Of a DNA stretch of 64,000 bases, positions 61,429 through 64,000 are shown in pieces. The notes below the pieces were generated by a model that saw only the letters and a list, made by a program, of their open reading frames with translations, did no database searches and had not been told where the DNA came from. Every line of letters begins with the position of its first letter. Position 1 is the stretch's first letter. Made by a program: the position numbers and the translations under genes. Source of the DNA: Verrucomicrobiia bacterium. Its GTDB lineage: Bacteria; Verrucomicrobiota; Verrucomicrobiia; Limisphaerales; UBA11358. The stretch spans positions 24,889 to 88,888 of the forward strand of contig DATAST010000091.1 of the NCBI GenBank assembly GCA_036269115.1, read 5' to 3'.

Positions 61429-62400
61429 ATGTCGTTTAAGAAACATCTCACGTGGCCGCTGATTTTTTGCGCGGCGAATATCGCTTTTGCCGATACGGTT
61501 CAGCTTAAGGATTCAGCGTCGCTGACAGGGAAAATTCTCGCTGAAAAGACCGATTCGGTTGTGGTGGACGTCGGTTATACCGTCCTGATCGTGCCGCGCG
61601 CTTCAATTGCAGGTATTTCAAAGGCCACGGCTGCGACTGCATCGGGTTCCGCCGCGGCTCCGCTGCTGGACGCAACGCCGCAATTTTATACCGCAGGAGC
61701 CACGGCGTCGTCCGCCCAGGACGTGCAGGATCTGGTGAAGCAACTGGGCCAGGCAGTCGTGCAGGTGCGTACGCCCGGAGGCCTGGGCTCGGGATTTTTC
61801 GTCAACTCAGACGGCTATCTCATCACCAATTTTCACGTGATCGAAGGGGACACCGAAATTTCGGTCGAGGTTTACAGCCAGGACAGCAACGGCCAGCTTG
61901 ACCGGGATACCTACAAAAAGGTCCGCATCGTGGCCATCAACAAGTTTCACGATCTGGCATTGCTCCATATCGAAGATAAAAACGCCCCGAAATTCAAATA
62001 CCTCACGCTCGGCAGTTCGGACTCCTTGAATGTCGGTGACCAGGTTTTTGCGGTCGGCAGTCCGATGGGACTGGAGCGGACGGTGACCGAGGGAATCTTG
62101 AGCACCAAGACGCGCGAACTTGAGGGCGAACTTTATTTGCAGACGACTGCGCAAATCAATCCAGGCAACAGCGGCGGACCGCTCTTCAATCTGGCCGGCC
62201 AGGTCGTTGGCGTGACGAACATGAAGATTATGTTCGGCGAAGGCCTTGGGTTTGCCATCCCGGTGGAACTGGTCAGGAATTTCCTGGATCATCGCGATGC
62301 ATTTGCTTACTCGACCGATAACCCGAACAATCCGTACAGGTATCTGGCGCCGCCGACAACGACTAAAGCCCCGGGCCACGTTGAAACGGTGAAACGTTGA
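61429..62400 (+). CDS. trypsin-like serine protease (S1C/HtrA-like, no PDZ seen)
   Basis: 323 aa. Signal peptide MSFKKHLTWPLIFCAANIAFA. Catalytic His (ITNFHVIEG), Asp (HDLALLHI) and Ser (GNSGGPL). Confidence 0.85.
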   Translation: MSFKKHLTWPLIFCAANIAFADTVQLKDSASLTGKILAEKTDSVVVDVGYTVLIVPRASIAGISKATAATASGSAAAPLLDATPQFYTAGATASSAQDVQDLVKQLGQAVVQVRTPGGLGSGFFVNSDGYLITNFHVIEGDTEISVEVYSQDSNGQLDRDTYKKVRIVAINKFHDLALLHIEDKNAPKFKYLTLGSSDSLNVGDQVFAVGSPMGLERTVTEGILSTKTRELEGELYLQTTAQINPGNSGGPLFNLAGQVVGVTNMKIMFGEGLGFAIPVELVRNFLDHRDAFAYSTDNPNNPYRYLAPPTTTKAPGHVETVKR

Positions 62401-62586
62401 AACGGTGAATCGGAAAACATCGAACATCGAATTGAAATTTAGCGGACACCCTAAAGGGTGGACACTAAACGGGTCTCTTGGATTAACAGGATTATAAATC
62501 GATTTCTTTGCAACTTTTAGTTGTTGGTGAGCTTTAATCAATCAATGAAACTGAAGTTTTCCGTGATTTGCGCGGCCGGGCGCTGT

Positions 62587-62711
62587 GGTAGGGACGGCGC
62601 GCTGCGCCGTCTGCGCCGCGAGCAGCGGCGCAACACGCGTGGTGGGACGACCTATCGCGGGCGGTTCCGCGCGGCATACGCGCGGTGACGCCGCAGCGCG
62701 GCGTCCCTACC
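62587..62711. repeat. REPIN-like element copy 4
   Basis: GGTAGGGAC..GTCCCTACC ends with short-arm hairpins on both sides. Flanked by a diverged duplication of the downstream gene start. Confidence 0.85.
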
Positions 62712-62734
62712 AAGGAACAGTGCCTCCTTTATCA

Positions 62735-64000
62735 ATGAAACTGAAAATTCTCTTAATTTGCGCGGCTATTTCTCTGATGGCCGCGTCATTCGTTTCCGCC
62801 CAGATTCCATCCGCTGACGCCCTCCTGCCCGCGGATACGCTGCTTGTCTTTAGTGTGCCCGATTGTTCAGCGATGCGGGGCACGATGCAACAATCTCCGC
62901 AATGGCTTTTGTGGAACGACCCGTCCATGAAGTCGTTTCGAAATGATTTTACGGCCAAGTGGAACCAAAAATTTGTCAGGCCGTTCGAACAAAGCCTCGG
63001 CATTCGGATCGCGGATTACCTGCCGCTGTTGCAGGGGCAATTGACGTTTGCGATCACGGGAAATGGATGGGGCAAATCGCGAACGGCCGCGCCCGCAATG
63101 GTGTTGTTGCTGGACGCAGGGAGCAAAGGCAATTTGCTGGCCACAAACCTGGCCGCGTTAAAGGACCACTGGACGGCATCCGGCAAAGGATTGCGGACAG
63201 AAACGCTCGAAGACGTGAAGTTTTCTGTGCTCCTGCTATCCAGCAATTCGCCCATGCCGTTTTCTACCGTTCTGCCAACGGGCGGAAATACGGGCACAGC
63301 GCCTGCGATCTATATCGGCCAATACAAATCATTGTTGATCATGGGAACGTCTGAAGGTGTCGTTGGGAATGTGGCGGCGCACCTCCACGGCGGGGCCAAT
63401 CCGTCGCTGGGCCAAAACGCCCAATTCGCCGCGGACAAGCTGGCGCAGTTTTACCAAGCGCCGCTGTATTACGGCTGGTTTGACGCAAAAACATTTTTGG
63501 ACGGATTATCGAAACTTCCATTCGCGCGAGCATCCTCGCTGCCGGTCACGATGGGCGATATCATGACTGCTTCCGGTTTGGGCGGTTTGAAAAGTGTCAG
63601 TTTAACCTACCGCGAATCGCGTGACGGCGCGCAGGTAGAACTTTACGCGGACGCGCCGGAGTCGGGCCGGCAGGGCTTATTGAAGATGGTGACGGCGGCC
63701 CCGAAAGACGCCAATCCGCCACCGTTTGTGCCCGCGGGCGCCGCGAAGTTCATGCGCTGGCGAATTGATGGCCAGAAATCGTGGGGCGAACTGCAAAAGA
63801 CTCTCGAAGCGATTTCGCCCTCGGCATTGGACAGGCTGAACGCGTTCATTGCGATCGCCAACGCCACGGGCCAGCAGCAAGACCCGGATTTTGATATCCG
63901 CAAAGACCTGCTTTCCAACCTGGGTGACGACTGGATTTCATACAGTATGGCGCCCAACGGCAAAACTCTGGCGGATATGAATGCCGCGCCCTGGTTGTTT
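62735..64000 (+). CDS. secreted hypothetical protein (partial; continues past window end)
   Basis: Own translation: ATG 62735, 422 codons open to nt 64000 (absent from the track, which lists only closed ORFs). Signal peptide MKLKILLICAAISLMAASFVSAQ, then soluble-looking sequence. The track ORFs on both strands here are shadows. Confidence 0.7.
   Translation, partial: MKLKILLICAAISLMAASFVSAQIPSADALLPADTLLVFSVPDCSAMRGTMQQSPQWLLWNDPSMKSFRNDFTAKWNQKFVRPFEQSLGIRIADYLPLLQGQLTFAITGNGWGKSRTAAPAMVLLLDAGSKGNLLATNLAALKDHWTASGKGLRTETLEDVKFSVLLLSSNSPMPFSTVLPTGGNTGTAPAIYIGQYKSLLIMGTSEGVVGNVAAHLHGGANPSLGQNAQFAADKLAQFYQAPLYYGWFDAKTFLDGLSKLPFARASSLPVTMGDIMTASGLGGLKSVSLTYRESRDGAQVELYADAPESGRQGLLKMVTAAPKDANPPPFVPAGAAKFMRWRIDGQKSWGELQKTLEAISPSALDRLNAFIAIANATGQQQDPDFDIRKDLLSNLGDDWISYSMAPNGKTLADMNAAPWLF

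Noticed and set aside
5384-62711. CRISPR array among the many repeats
   Set aside because: No series of regularly spaced identical direct repeats with unique spacers is present. The repeats are dispersed palindromic elements of several families, and no cas genes are present.
1-64000. tRNA, rRNA, tmRNA, RNase P or SRP RNA genes
   Set aside because: I scanned by eye for T-arm GGTTCGAATCC-like ends and for conserved RNase P/SRP cores and found none. This is a weak negative without a covariance-model search.

Overview
64-kb chromosomal window, GC-rich by eye. Gene content and many characteristic short repeat families suggest a PVC-superphylum bacterium, probably Verrucomicrobiota-like (inference only). 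All family assignments come from reading the translated ORFs against consensus motifs I remember; no searches were run. Layout: (1) 0-9.9 kb is an accessory island on mixed strands. It holds a partial exported protein, a higBA toxin-antitoxin pair, and an ESX/type VII-like operon (a 90-aa WXG100-like protein, a 163-aa helical protein, a 70-aa short paralogue, and a 1291-aa FtsK/SpoIIIE membrane ATPase with three P-loop-like modules). It also holds a RAYT (REP-associated Y1 transposase) and a BsuBI/PstI-like type II R-M pair. (2) 9.9-11 kb is repeat-rich noncoding DNA carrying copy 1 of a two-copy conserved noncoding module and a good sigma54 -24/-12 candidate. (3) 11-27.8 kb is a tightly coupled T2SS/type IV pilus-like operon: a Gly-rich secreted protein, GspE, GspF, pseudopilins G-H-I-J-K, GspL, GspM, a GspC/PilP-like protein, and a secretin split into two genes. 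A sensor kinase and an NtrC/PilR-type sigma54 activator follow it. (4) 27.8-57.4 kb is mostly housekeeping: GH92 mannosidase, DUF2961/GH172, amidase, asd, SNF2 helicase, glpK, aspS-lysC, DHH phosphoesterase, AddA-like helicase-nuclease, a membrane GrpE-domain protein, gltX, beta-carbonic anhydrase, U32 peptidase and a GreA-like factor. (5) 57.5-64 kb holds a holin-X-like membrane protein, a RepA-like AAA_25 ATPase, 1.7 kb of noncoding DNA with copy 2 of the module, an S1C protease and a partial secreted protein. I saw no rRNA, tRNA or CRISPR array. The most interesting points are the T7-like module in a secretin-encoding (diderm) genome, GTAG-headed REPIN-like elements next to a RAYT, repeats translated in frame inside prepilin leaders and housekeeping enzymes, the split secretin, and the two-copy structured noncoding module.
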